Shown here: piece by piece, positions 1 to 12,249 of the stretch | How positions within the stretch are numbered: position 1 is the stretch's first letter | Layout: each line of letters begins with the position of its first letter | NCBI GenBank assembly: GCA_011109175.1 | Contig: RDEW01000046.1 | Span: 201,545 to 265,544 of the forward strand | Source of the DNA: Dicyema japonicum | Lineage: Eukaryota > Animalia > Dicyemida | Reading direction: 5' to 3' | Length of the DNA: 64,000 nt | The notes under the pieces: generated by a model | What the model was told of the DNA's origin: nothing | What the model saw: only the letters and a program-made list of their open reading frames with translations | The model's database searches: none | Position numbers and translations under genes: made by a program

Positions 1-94
1 CTTAATGACGGGATTGTAATGACTATTAATGCACTCTAAGGGGATTAACAAAATCACATTAACACTACAGTCTATATGCGATTAAGTTATTTAG

Positions 95-230
95 TTAATG
101 CACGTCCATGTTGCCAGTAAACAGTGTTTATGGTTTCGCTTGTGCCATGTTTTCGACTATTCTTGCCGTTAGCCTTCTCCATCCCTTTCGTCGTCTTGCT
201 CGCCAACTGATTTCATGTGATTAAGTGAGT
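95..230 (-). mobile_element. 3' remnant of RTE-like LINE
   Basis: Minus strand reads ...GWRRLTARIVENMAQAKP*, matching the C-terminus of the copy at 4246 (GWKRLTARVQRCMAKVE). Confidence 0.45.
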
Positions 231-1104
231 GTATTTTAATTATCAGCCTATAATTCTAGCAGTCAAAAATAATTAATTATAGCTTATTTATTTTATTTAA
301 AGACTATCAAAATTAAATTCAAGAAGAAAAGTTAACGTGAGATGAACCGGGTGCCCGTTCTCCTCACCAGAGTCTCGAAGGGAGTAGGTTTACCAAAGAG
401 GCCGAAAATTTCTTTTGAATCTATCAAAAATTTTTAATGATATTTAATAGTTCATATTCGTTAGGAGTTATCAACTTAAACTTTAACTAAATTACCATGT
501 AAAAACCATAATTATAGATAATGATACACCACGTGTGATGATAATCTCCCACAATTTAAGAAACAAGTTCCACCTATTTGTAACGTTAAGTTTATATTTT
601 TATTAATTAAAAAATAAGTTCTTCATAATAAATCGATTTTAGGGATAATGAAGAGAAAATAATTATATTGACTAATACGCTTATTTGTCCCTTACGCACG
701 TCGCACGAATGCCCTTGACCAACCTAAAATGCAAGAGGATGATAGTAAAATGTTAGAAAAAATCTTTGCTAGAAGTGGAAGACATGTGAACATAAATGTA
801 GTTTGATAATAAAATCTATTGACTAATACGCTTACTAATAGTGAAGATTTGAACAAAATGTTGGCTAAAAAAAAGGAAGACATGTGAGAATAAGTAGTTG
901 AATAAATTACTTTGTTGATAAGATGGTTGATCATATAGAAAAAGATGAGTTTTTACCTAAAACGTAAGTTGGAGTGGATATCCTCAATTCATTTCTAAAA
1001 GGAAATAATATATAAACTGGTTAAGTTACATAAAATTCAATAATAAAAATAGTAAAAAATAGTAACACGTGTTACCAATGATTCAGTTTTAATTTTGTAA
1101 TAAA

Positions 1105-2279
1105 CTAAATTTCTTGGTTGGAATACTGATCCATGAAAGGTTTATACTGCCGATAGTTGTCCCACATGGCTCCGACAATTTGACTGGTAACAATATCGCT
1201 AGAGTTTCTCGATATCAACTGTAAAATAAGAATCCCATCGATCAATATAAATTTGGAAGAAAATTCTCTGACTTTTTTCTTCTCAGTCGTGGAATTGAGT
1301 TTACCAGTGAGTTTCAAATGTTTTTTGATAAAGTGGTATCGATTGATTGGAAGTACAAGCGTCCAAAACCACGATAATAAATTAGAACATGTCAATGATG
1401 CTGTAATAGCCAACCAAAACCAAATAAAAATAAATATTTTTTCGTTGAACAAATTTATCGGTAGAACACACTGAACTCTATAATTATGCACTGCCACCCA
1501 GTTTTCTCACATCAAAGTCACACATTGTAATTGTCGGGAACCCTGGAGTTAGGTTTATCTGGTCTTTTCCTGACATGAGTCCTCTGATCATTCGAAATCC
1601 CATACATTCCATAACCGTTTCCCAAAAAGGTGTCGAGTAGGACAAGTTGAGTTACAGTATTTATTATATACAATATTTTGATAAAAATGTATAAAATTGA
1701 TACATATCGACCTTTCGTGAAGGAAATGAGTCTATTAGAACTGTCCTTAACAGATTTTTGGTGGTTCAAATAGTTGGCAATATATCTTGTCACGTGTTTG
1801 GCGATTTTGTCCTTTTCGTCGATTCTCAATGTAGTTTGATACATGTCAGCAGCATCAATAATATTTTGGATGGTAATCCCCGACTTTCTGTTGAGACTAC
1901 GCCAAATCATTCCTGGAATGTAAAAGAATATAGCTTGGACTAGCAAAATGAGTGGGACCCACTGGTAGTAGCTAATTTCTAGATTAGAAGTATCATCTGT
2001 ATTAGGAAGAGGCAAATCTCGTTGAATGGGGTAATAATAAGTATTTTTGACCCAACAAACTTTGTTCATGTAATCCACATGGGAGTCTTCTCGACAATTG
2101 TCATAACACCAGCAAGAAATTGGTTCCCCCACGTACTGTTTAGTAGAAACAATAATGGAAAAAATAATAAAAATGATGACAGTGTAACGATGATTAAGTC
2201 TATCAATACCATCATCATCAGTGCTCAAAGTTTGTGAAGCAGCCACAGTAGCAAAAGTTCTTATTAATTCACCAGGCAT
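1105..2279 (-). CDS. Innexin (gap-junction protein), apparently no coding introns, two +1 frameshifts
   Basis: DDDGIDRLNHRYT, QYVGEPISCW, YYQWVP, FPTITMCDF and VQCVLPINLFNEKIF motifs. ORFs 1518-2318 and 1105-1497 join if one G is removed near 1600 and one near 1495. Confidence 0.92.
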
Positions 2280-3140
2280 ATCCCGTTTAAAATATCCTAA
2301 ATTAGTAAAGAATGACAAACAAATAGTAATATAGCCGCCAACAAAGTGATAAGTCCTTACCGTACGCCAATATATAATAGTACTAACTGATAATTATTAA
2401 TAATGACCAAACATAATCGAATTATTACTCTATCAATATAATATTTATCAATTAAAAAGAACAGAAAAAACCACCGCGATGGTATAGCACACAGTCACAT
2501 GTACTCATGACAATAATAAATGCGTCTTTTCACTATTTTTCCATTACAATCGATTAAAGGATTGTTTGTGGTCAGATCAATTAATTAATGATATTCTCCT
2601 AATTGAATACAACAATTACACAAAAACTTTTTAATCAAAACCAGACTACTCAACATAATGCCGAGGTTCAATATTTTAGTGCTAAGGGACAATCTTTGAT
2701 AACAACAAACAAATAAATTATTTCTTTTAGGTCACTGGGTTTTACAATTTCGAACTTTAGATAAATAAAAATAAGTTTTGTTTTAACTATGAAACCAACA
2801 TTAGCGATATCGGCTGAGGACACAATTTTAATAAATATGGCATCCAATTTGCCATCTGTCATAGGAAATCATTGCTATAATTCTTTTTTTGCGTTGCAGC
2901 ATTACATTCATCACTTTCTTTGGTTACAAAAAAGAAGACATTTTAAGAAAAAACCTATTCACGAACTTTTTCTTAAGAAATAGACAGAATAGTCAATATT
3001 CAAAATTCCCTTAGCTTAAATAAGTTGTAATTTAAAATTTTCCGTTTTTGTTATTAAATTGTTAGGAAAATAAATCTTTGTTTCTATTAATATTTTTCTG
3101 TTTTCAATAAGAACAGTAAACTAATTTTTCATTTGATATG

Positions 3141-3588
3141 TTTTTTGGTTGAGGTGGTGACGACGGCTCTATTGCACTATGTCTTATTCGTATTCCTAAC
3201 CGACTTCTCCGTTCACTCTGGGATCTTTTAATTGCAGAAGACTTACAAAAAACACTAACTGGCATGCGATCTAACAAAATATGACATCTCTGTCTGCTGT
3301 CTACAAGAGACAAAAATGACCGTACAATAAACAGAACTGTTTGGCAGATTTTACCTTTTTACCCTCCCACCGGTTTTCCGACATTATGGTTTCGGATTTT
3401 CAGTCCATCGGGATTCGATTCGCTGTGTTACAATAGTGTGGCAGCATCTGACACCTGGACTTCCTAGAGAACTAGCGCACAACGGAATATCTTGGTCGGA
3501 GCTGAGGGAGAGGATGATTCGGAATACGGCACAAGGGAAACTTAACTAATTTTGTGTTTTCTCGGGAGTGCTTATTAATAATAATAAT
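3141..3588 (+). mobile_element. Short bipartite RTE-like element (5' end fused to 3' end)
   Basis: 3141-3455 aligns to the 5' end and APE start of the element at 61361; 3455-3588 aligns to the 3' end of the element ending at 47390, with a (TAA)n tail. Confidence 0.8.
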
Positions 3589-3815
3589 GTTGTCCAAAAG
3601 GATAAAATTCATTTTTTAGATTTTACTAAAATCTCTTAATTTTCTTATTTTTCTGACTAACTTTGGAATATTTATTGATTCTCAGTTAAATTGATCGTGG
3701 ATTCTGGACTATCTACGCAGACAACAATGACATGATAATAGTGGATACTGGAAGTCGCAATAATCACTTCTCTTCGAAGCGAACTTGCTCAAAAGACCTT
3801 TAATTAAATTTAAAT

Positions 3816-4010
3816 TTATTGAACTAGAAAACCACCGTCATAGTCAGAATAAAAAAAATTCAGGTGATCTCGGCCTCTCTCAGCAATCGGACTTGAAGAA
3901 AGTGCCGTCCAGGGGGAACTATTTTGATGCTTGTTGACTAATTGTCCTTTTTGGAAATAATTTAAGATTATATCTGGCGCCACCAGAGATGATGAACCAC
4001 ATGACACACG
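3816..4010 (-). mobile_element. 3' remnant of Vingi/Ingi-like LINE
   Basis: Ends ...LLREAEIT* followed by the family 3' stem and an A-rich tail. Confidence 0.55.
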
Positions 4011-4205
4011 CTAACAATTCAAGCCTGGAGCCAAAAGGAAAGAGGAGGAACAGAAGAAGCAAACAAAAATCTTCAATTCAAGTAACTACATAACACCACA
4101 TTAATATTAGGGTCACTAGGCATAGTTGTCAAACCAAGAATAAACAACAATAACGGTTTCATAGCAATATTCAAAGATGATCATTAAACGTTTCCTATTT
4201 GATGA

Positions 4206-4800
4206 ATTATTATTATTGATAGCAATGTCCACGGAACCAGAAAAGTTAACTAATTTGAGATTCCACTTTTGCCATGCATCTCTGGACACGCGCTGTGAGT
4301 CGTTTCCATCCTCCCCTGTTTCTCGCATCCGTCCTAAGATCATCCAGATCCTCACCTGTTTTCAGTTTTCTTCCTATCAAAGTGAGTTCTTTGTTGAGTG
4401 TCGACGATAACGTTGTTCTTTGTCGACCTCGATAAGTTGTTTTGTTTAATACAGAGAAGTATGATTCCATGGCCTGATTGGCTGGTGTCATTTCCGAGGC
4501 TCTTAGGATATGTCCAAAGAACTACCATTTCGCAGAAGTAACTTTTTTCCCAATCTTTGTTGTTTGAGTAATTCTATATAGCTCGTCATTTGTTATCCGT
4601 TTTGGCCAGTAGACTCCCAAAAGTCGCAGTTGTTTTCTGTGGAAAGAGTTGAGGTTTTCCAGTTCTTTAATGGTTAGGTCCTAGGTCCCCGCGTTATAAC
4701 GTAGAATTGGTTCGATAAAGGAGTTGTACAACCGAATTCGAAGGCGAGTACTTTCGCCGCATCCAGATCGCCTGCAATTTTTTGAAAGAAGCAACCGCCA
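4206..4800 (-). mobile_element. 5'-truncated RTE-like LINE
   Basis: Degenerate C-terminal ORF (FHRKQLR, GHILR, YRGRQRTTL) and (TAA)n tail. Confidence 0.8.
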
Positions 4801-4949
4801 GATGAATACATTTTTGTGATATCAACACTATTTTAATCAAAATAAACTATCTTAAAAAATGAATACTAGCAATCACACATTGAAAGGAAACTAATTTACT
4901 ATAATATTAGGATAAAATTATTTTTTTAATTTATACATAGCATCGAACA

Positions 4950-5200
4950 GAACTGTATACGAGTGGATGAAGTGTTCGCCAATCTCGATTGAAATCACGG
5001 AAGCTTGGTCACGTTCTGAGAATGGACCTGGAGGCTCCAACTAACGTGACCATGGAGGACTTCTTCACCTCTAAAGTTCTCCGATTCAATAGATGACTGC
5101 GACCACCCTCCCGATGGCCCTCAACATTAATTCCAAAAGATTGAGAGACGCTTAAGAGAGGGAAAAATTTTGGATAAACTACGAGAGATTGTGTATGATA
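4950..5200 (+). mobile_element. Degenerate RTE-like 3' fragment
   Basis: ggtcacgttctgagaatggacctgg (GHVLRMDL) matches the copy at 47088. Confidence 0.5.
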
Positions 5201-5401
5201 GGGGGAAGTGGAGGATTTTGCTACCAGTTTCTCAAATTTCTCATGGTTTTTATAATGATAGAAGGGCGAGAATTCTTAATAATACATAACTAAGTGGAAA
5301 ATAAATCTGTTGAAAAGATTAGGGCTTATAAGTACAACAAATTTTCAAAAAGTCTATATTTGATATTTAATAGAGTTATTCTGATATAGATCAAGTTATT
5401 A

Positions 5402-6672
5402 CAGTAGGACCCCGCCCCAATAGAAAAGTGCCCCAAATATAGAGGGTGCCCCAAATATAGAGAGTATACTAAATTATTACATTTTTAACCTCTCTATTCG
5501 TATTTTTAAATAATTATTTTTACAATACAATGTTTTGCTTCATATTGCAAAAAGGAATCAATTTATTTATGAAAAATAATCAGTTATTTTGTTCCCAATG
5601 GAATATTTGTTTCTTAGCATTTTTGAAATTTTAATCCTAAATTCATAGTATTCTTTAAGCCCTTCAGGACAAATGTTAAATAATGAAGATTCAAGATTAT
5701 TCATAATTTTTATTGTATCTTTTAAATATAGCCCATCCATCTCATTATTTCCATTATACAAAGCCTCATTGTCTTCTATTCCATTTATTTCAAGTTCTGT
5801 TAAATCTGAAATATGTTCATCAATTAATTCGGATTCTTTTTTGAATTTGTTTCATGGACAAATGTTCTTTGCTCATTTATCTTTTTCCAACAATTCAATA
5901 TTGTAGTTTTTGTTACACGAGTCCATGCTTCTCCCACAAATGCGACTACTTGTCTAATATTGATCTTCAACAGGGCATCATAGTATTCATTAGCATCGTC
6001 AAGACATATCATTTCATAAAGAACATTCTTATAACATGATTTGAATGAGTTTATGATCCCCATATCTAAAGGTTGAAGAAGTGCTGTTGTGTTTTTAGGA
6101 AGTTTAAGAAATGATAAGTTTGAATATTCCTGACATTTGTGACAACGTGCATTATCCATAATAATCAAAATTGAAATCCCATCCTTTCTCAAATTGTTGA
6201 AGACTTCGAATACTAGTCGATCAATTTGAGTAGAAAGGTCGGATTCAAACTTCTTGCATGAAACTTCCTCAAAAAATACTTCTTTATTTAACGAAATATT
6301 TTCCTTTCCAATTTCTTTTTTAATTCGAGAAACAGTTCCTTTTCCAATCTTGTATAATCGACAAATTTTTCTTTCTGACATATTTTGATTTATTAAAGAA
6401 TCGAAAATCTGTTGTTTCAAATGACGACTAAGCTTCGCAGGCATGCTGACAATTATTTGAAAATTAATAAATTAAAGATAAAAATTAAATAATAGATTTT
6501 TAAATTTTCTATAGAGAAAGTGCCCCAAAAAGCGGGGTTTTTATTTTGAATTTATTGAACGAAAAATGTGAAAAAATGTAAAAGATCATTTATAATTATA
6601 TTTATTTAAAAAATCGCCCCAAATACAGAGGGTGCCCCAGGGCCGGGGTTTGATTGGGGCGGGGTCCTACTG
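5402..6672 (-). mobile_element. pogo/Tigger-like DNA transposon, internally deleted
   Basis: TIRs cagtaggaccccgccccaat at both ends, TA TSD; ORF 5824-6444 has an HTH, DNARCH and PKNTTALLQPLDMGII. Confidence 0.9.
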
Positions 6673-6829
6673 TATATAGTTCTTTATATTCAAATGCTTC
6701 ACACACGCAAAATATTCAAAACATATTATAAAAACCCTGTTATGAAAATTACGAATATATTCTAGGGGCGAATAAGTTTTAGGACCAGTTTTTCCAGGAT
6801 TATACAATACACATATTAAAGGAGACTGG

Positions 6830-8587
6830 TCTGTATGAGCCGGGATCGTTCTTTGGTCTTCCAGGTTTCAATATTGGACGAATTTTTGATAGTTTCCATA
6901 AAGTCGGTATTATATTTATGTTTAGGGATGTGTTTTTGATGATTGTCAATGAATTTATTGATGCTGGGCCCAAGTGTTTCAGCAGAATAAGAAAAATAAG
7001 AGATTGTTTTCCTTTGCAGTAAGTTTAGTTTTTGGATATTTACCTCTGATAACGCGAATCTTCACGTAGCAGAAGCATATTCCACAGCCGGCGCGATTGT
7101 CTCGCTGTATATGGTTCCGATTGCTTTATTCATATTAGCTGGGGTCTTCTGGATGAGGGCTTGTGTGACATTCAATTTATGTAGTCCTTTAGTGAAGACT
7201 TGTTTGGCATGGTTGGTAAAATTAAGCAGCTTGTCGTATGTCACTCCCAGGATTGAGGGGTTTCTTGTGACAGGTATCCGAGTATGTCCGATGAAGATTT
7301 CTGGTTCTTCTTTGGACCGACGGTCGGAGGTGAATAGAGTGCATGATGATTTTGGAGCCAATACCGAGAGACGGTTAGCTATCAACCAATCGTGGATACA
7401 ATCCACTTTTTTCTGTGCGAGTGAGACTGCTTATGATGTAGAACTGCTTCTTGTTGCAATGATGATGTCGTCAGCATAAGTAAGAAGTAGGAAGTTTTTG
7501 TCAATGTCTGCTGGCAGGTCGTGGAGGAAAAGGTTGAATAGAGTGGGGGACAAAAGCGAACCTTGGAGAACTCCGTTTAGTAGTAAACGTGATCGTGATC
7601 TGTGGTGGCCACAGATAACCCTCCCATGTCTTGCAGATAAAAAATTAGCCAGCCATAACTTCAAGTTAGGGCAAATTTTTGAATCAAAAATTTTTCCAAT
7701 GAAATCTTTCCTCGGTACGTAGTCAAACGCCTTGTTGATGTCAATCGAGACAATTGTTGTCCGCATGTGTTTTGGGATACTGTTGAAGCCATCCGCAATG
7801 AACTGTAAAAACGTTGATAAGAAAGTCGTGGTTGATCTTCCAGAACGGAATCCGTGTTGTAAATTCAGTTGAGTTAAGGAAGTAGTAATTTCAGATAGGA
7901 TCAACTTTTCCAACACTTTTGAAATAGTAGAGGTCAATGAGATTGGTCTGTATTAATTAGGATCTCCTTTTGGTTTTCCGGTCTTATGAATTGGAATGAT
8001 GAGCGAGTTCTTCCATATTTGGGGATAGTGTTTCAATTAACGGACAGGTTAAAAATTTCCGTTAGCTAATTGCGTATTTGCTTAGGTGTTTTAAGTGAAT
8101 TGAAGATACTTTGTCTGGGTCGCAGGCCCGTGAGTTCTTTTATCCGGCGATAAACTCTGAGAACTGCTTGTCTGAGAATAGTTCTTGGTAAGGTTCATTT
8201 TTCGGTTTGCGGGCACGTACTTTGATATTCAGTTGTTTAGAGAATTTCTTGAAGCTGATCGTAGCGTAGTGTTTCATAAGTAGATTAGGGTGTATATGAT
8301 AAATATGTTCTGGAGAGGGGTTACAGGTTCCGTTCGTGTTTTCCAACTCTGATTTAATTTGTTTTAATGTTTTCCAATATTGGTGAGATGAACTTTTTCC
8401 GTTAAGACGATTAATTAGGTGACGCCACCTCTGATCCTGATGGTCCTTTATGCTCTGGTTTGTACTTTTATTTAGTTCTCAGATGGATTTCACCTCCGTC
8501 GGATGGTATCTTTTCATTTGTTTCCTTTGTTTTATGAGTGTAAGTGTCCGAAAATTGAAAGTAGGTTCAAAATTCGTGTATGATGAG
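6830..8587 (-). mobile_element. Vingi/Ingi-like LINE, RT half (degenerate)
   Basis: QHGFRSGRST, DINKAFD, QGSLLSPTLF, TYADD; close to the copy at 13759. Confidence 0.85.
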
Positions 8588-8722
8588 TAGGGCGAACTAA
8601 GTTAATAAAAGTTAATATTTAATAATAGTTAAAAAAATAATCATTAAAATGATTTTTAACTATATTTAATAAAAAATAAATGTATATTAAACAAAATTAG
8701 TAGGTTAAAATTTAAAATTATA

Positions 8723-11220
8723 CAGGGTTTTCCTATTTATTTAATAACTTTGTCAAAAAATTTAATAACTTTGTCATAAAATTTAATAATTTTGTCAAAA
8801 TATTTAATAACTTAGTCAAAATGTTTAATAATTCGTCAAAATACTTAATAACTTTGTCAAGGGTCAAATTAAAAGAAACCAATTTTATAATTAATTGAAA
8901 AAAACAACTATAAATTAAAATTCTTCATTAGCCAATGCTTTAACTATAATACCATGTCTTAAATATAATATATAACCATACTTTTTTCCCTGCATGTTCA
9001 AGGTTATAATTGAACATTTTGTATTACAAAATCAATGAACGTCTTTGCGCGATAAGGGGAGGAATTGATTTCGTGATGTAAAAGGCCGTCCACAGAAATA
9101 GCAGCACAAAATAGAGAATTTTTTCTCTCTTATGTTTATAATACATTTTTTCGGAGTAACTCCTTTTATAGATCTTCCAAATTTGGATCTCATCGAACAA
9201 TTGACTTCCATTTAGTCTATAAAAATAAGCCGTTGATTATCAATTTCAATTATTTTTCTGGCAGATCTATATCTTTCTTCCATATTTATTGTAGAATTTC
9301 TCGTTATAGGTACAAATTGATTCTTTTTAAAACTATATCCAAATGTTTCTAGCATGCTATTTATTGTCGATGGAGAGACATTTTTTCTTTGCACATCAAA
9401 TAAAAAATTTTGTAAATTCTTCAGCGTAAATGATGCATTTTCTTCAATTTTTTAGTCAAAAATAAAATGTCCGATTAATTAAGTTTTTTTTCGTCCACAA
9501 TTATTTCTTGTTAAAGCAAAACCTCCTGTATTTTTTGACGATAGAAAGAACTGTCTTGTAGTTAATACAGATGTCTTCGCTTATTTTTGAATAAACCAAA
9601 CCTGCTTCATATTTATTTATAATAAGTTTTCGGTTATCCTCGAATACAGTAGTATTTTTGTTTTGGTAACTATTCATTTAATTCATTTTTCGCTAAAATT
9701 TGTTTTTATAGGAACTTAATGATCCAATAAATATAAATAATAATCCCAAAAATATAAATAATAATCTACAATGACCAGTTTAAATACACTCTCGAAAACT
9801 ATGCATCGGTTCCAGTTGGGGAGTCTCTGTTCCTTGGTTCTCCTATATTCGAAGACCGAATTGTGGACGTGTTTAAAGAAAGGACAATAGAGCTCGGTAC
9901 TTTTGAGACCCGTTTGCGGCATGTTGACAACCATATTGCCCTCTTCCTATTGAGAAACTGCTTGTCCATTCCAAGATTAAACTATTTACTAAGGACTGCA
10001 CCATGTTATAAGTGTGATTCCCTTTTAATGGAATACTCTGATTGCCTCAAAAGATGTACTGAATTCGTACTTAACGTTTACCTTGACACCCCTGGATGGA
10101 TACAGACTCAATTACCGATATCATTGGGTGGAATCGGTCTTACTACTCCCTGCCAAATTGCTGGCCCGGCGTATTTTGCCTCAAAACTTTCATGCAAAAA
10201 CCAAGTGGACTCAATTCTTTCAAAGCTTCCATCTCGGAAACTGTCCAATGACTTGGTTGAATACATGGACGTGTGGCGGAGTGAAGGGCTTAGCGAGCCG
10301 CGTAATCCAGACCAACAATCGTCTTGGATGATCCATAGATGGAATGCTCTGGCATCCAGCCTAGTCAGCCAGCTCTCTGGACATCGCCTGGACTGTTTCC
10401 AAAATTCGAGGGAGGCGGTTGATGGATCTTGGCTTGGGGTTTACCCATGTCAAGAAGTTGGTGGATTGTTGGATGATGACTCCCTTCGTACAGCTGTATG
10501 TCTACACCTCGGATTGCCTGTTTGCACCAAATCGAAGTGCAAATGTGGCTGTCTATCGGACGAACTGGGTCTCCACCTCCTCTCATGCCGGAGCGGAATT
10601 GGCAGATCTTCTCGACATTCGGCAATGAACGGCATCATTAAGAGGGAATTAGAATCGGCTGGATTCCGTTGCCGGATCGAACCGACTGGTCTATTTGACA
10701 ATGGAAGACGCCCTGACGGCATGACCTCCTTTTCTTTCGAGCGAGGGCGAAACCTTGTATGGGATGTGACCTGTGTCTGCTCTTTCGCCCCAAGCAAAAA
10801 AAATAATTCACCGGGCAGACCTTCTTCTCAAGCAGAGGAAATGAAAAATGCTAAGTATCCGGATATCAGCGACAGGTACATTTTCGCACCTGTCGCGATT
10901 GAAACTTCGGGGAACTTTGGCCCTAAGACGCTGAAGTTCCTGAATCATCTTGGAAAACTACTATCCGACAAAACTGGTGATCTTCGTGAGACGAGATGGC
11001 TCAAGGAGAGGCTCTCGTTGGCTGTTGTCCGTGGGAATAGCTTATGCATCTCCCAACAGCTGAATAATTAAAATTAAAATTAACTATTCTTTTTCCTTAT
11101 AATAAAATCTCTATATCAGAAAAAATAATAATCCCATAAATATTTTGACAAAGTTATTAAACTTTATGACAAAGTTATTAGATATTTTGACAAAGTTATT
11201 AAATAAATAGGAAAACCCTG
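8723..11220 (-). mobile_element. Tc1/IS630-like DNA transposon with ~21-bp subterminal repeats
   Basis: TIR cagggttttcctatttatttaataactttgtc at both ends, TA TSD; about 6 tttaataactttgtca units on the left and 3 inverted on the right; transposase remnant ...TRNS...LIFID. Confidence 0.88.
9767..11122 (+). mobile_element. 5'-truncated CRE-like (RLE) non-LTR retrotransposon
   Basis: Open frame 9767-11071 with LGSPI, LPISLGGIG, CxCG..HLLSC..RH, RPDG, WDVT and AIETSG; TSD aaataataatc (9756-9766 / 11123-11133). Confidence 0.85.
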
Positions 11221-12249
11221 TAAGGTTAAAATTATTTTAACCTTATAATTTTTGATTTAATTTATTAATTTTTTAAATTAATTATTAATAATATATTTTG
11301 CCACTAAATTTTTGGCTGACATGCCTAAGATAGCAAAATTGTACCAAATTAAAACTGAGGCCAAGGATTACCCTAAAGAATTTATGATTCTTGAGGATGG
11401 TGCGCTATATTGTCGACTCTGTTTGTGCAATATAAAATGCGAGAAACGGCATTTAGTAAATTCCCATCGAGCCTCACAAAAACATCAAAATTCATTGAGT
11501 TTTACAAAATAACAATTATTTTTTGTAGATAATCTGACCGAATCGCACCAAACACATATGCCCAATATTCCAAAAATGATGATCGGGCTCTACAAGTAAC
11601 CAGAGCATTTATAAAATCTGATATTCCACTAAACAAACTATCTATGCCGTGGCTTAGAAAATTGTTTTTCGGAGACTGTACGAGTTCCCTCGCCATCAAA
11701 AGCTAGAAACTGTGTGGATCAAATCATAATGGATCAAAATTTGTTGATTCAACAAAAACTTGTGAATAAAAATTTGTTTTATTTTGTAGCAAATTAAAAA
11801 GTTTTTGCTAATACGGATGAAACAAAAATCCGGGGCCAAAGATACGTTGCTGTGATGATTGGATCGTTAAATTCTTTTGAAACAACATATCTGATATCGT
11901 CTAAGGCGATAGAATCTGCTCCTAACAAGAACATCATTAATCAGATATTCGACAATGCACTTGGGAATAATTTGGTTCAAAAAGAAAATTTCTCTTTGTT
12001 AATTTCGGATGCTGAAAATTATATGAAATCAGGTAAAATTTTATGTTTTAGCTGGCAGAATACTTAAAAATCTTTACCCCAAGTTATTTCATTTCACATG
12101 TACACAATTGTAGTGAGAAAATAAGAGACCCTTATCTGGAAATTGATTTGATGATAGCTACTGGAAAAGCAGCAATTAAAAAGAACAATATAAGAAACTA
12201 ATATTCAAAGACAGACTCATATGTCTTGGATTAATTAACGTTACAGTTA

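Larger units (their letters stand above)
8588..12200 (+). mobile_element. hAT/CGGBP1-like DNA transposon, copy 1 (interrupted)
   Basis: End tagggcgaactaagttaa shared with 13331 and 51340; zinc finger LYCRLC..H...KH, AFIKSDIPLNKL, DETK and SDAENYMKS-AGRILKNLYPKLFHFTC. Confidence 0.75.

Noticed and set aside
666-910. 18-bp direct repeat tattgactaatacgctta (666 and 817) with degenerate duplicated flanks
   Set aside because: Looks like an old local duplication; nothing supports a function or a TSD-bounded element
6762-6830. taggggcgaataagtt as the missing partner TIR of the hAT copies
   Set aside because: Same orientation as the left ends and diverges immediately; at most a solo end of a related family
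8740-8860. ~21-bp periodic repeats resembling a CRISPR array
   Set aside because: No unique spacers; inverted copies at 11140-11205 show they are transposon subterminal repeats
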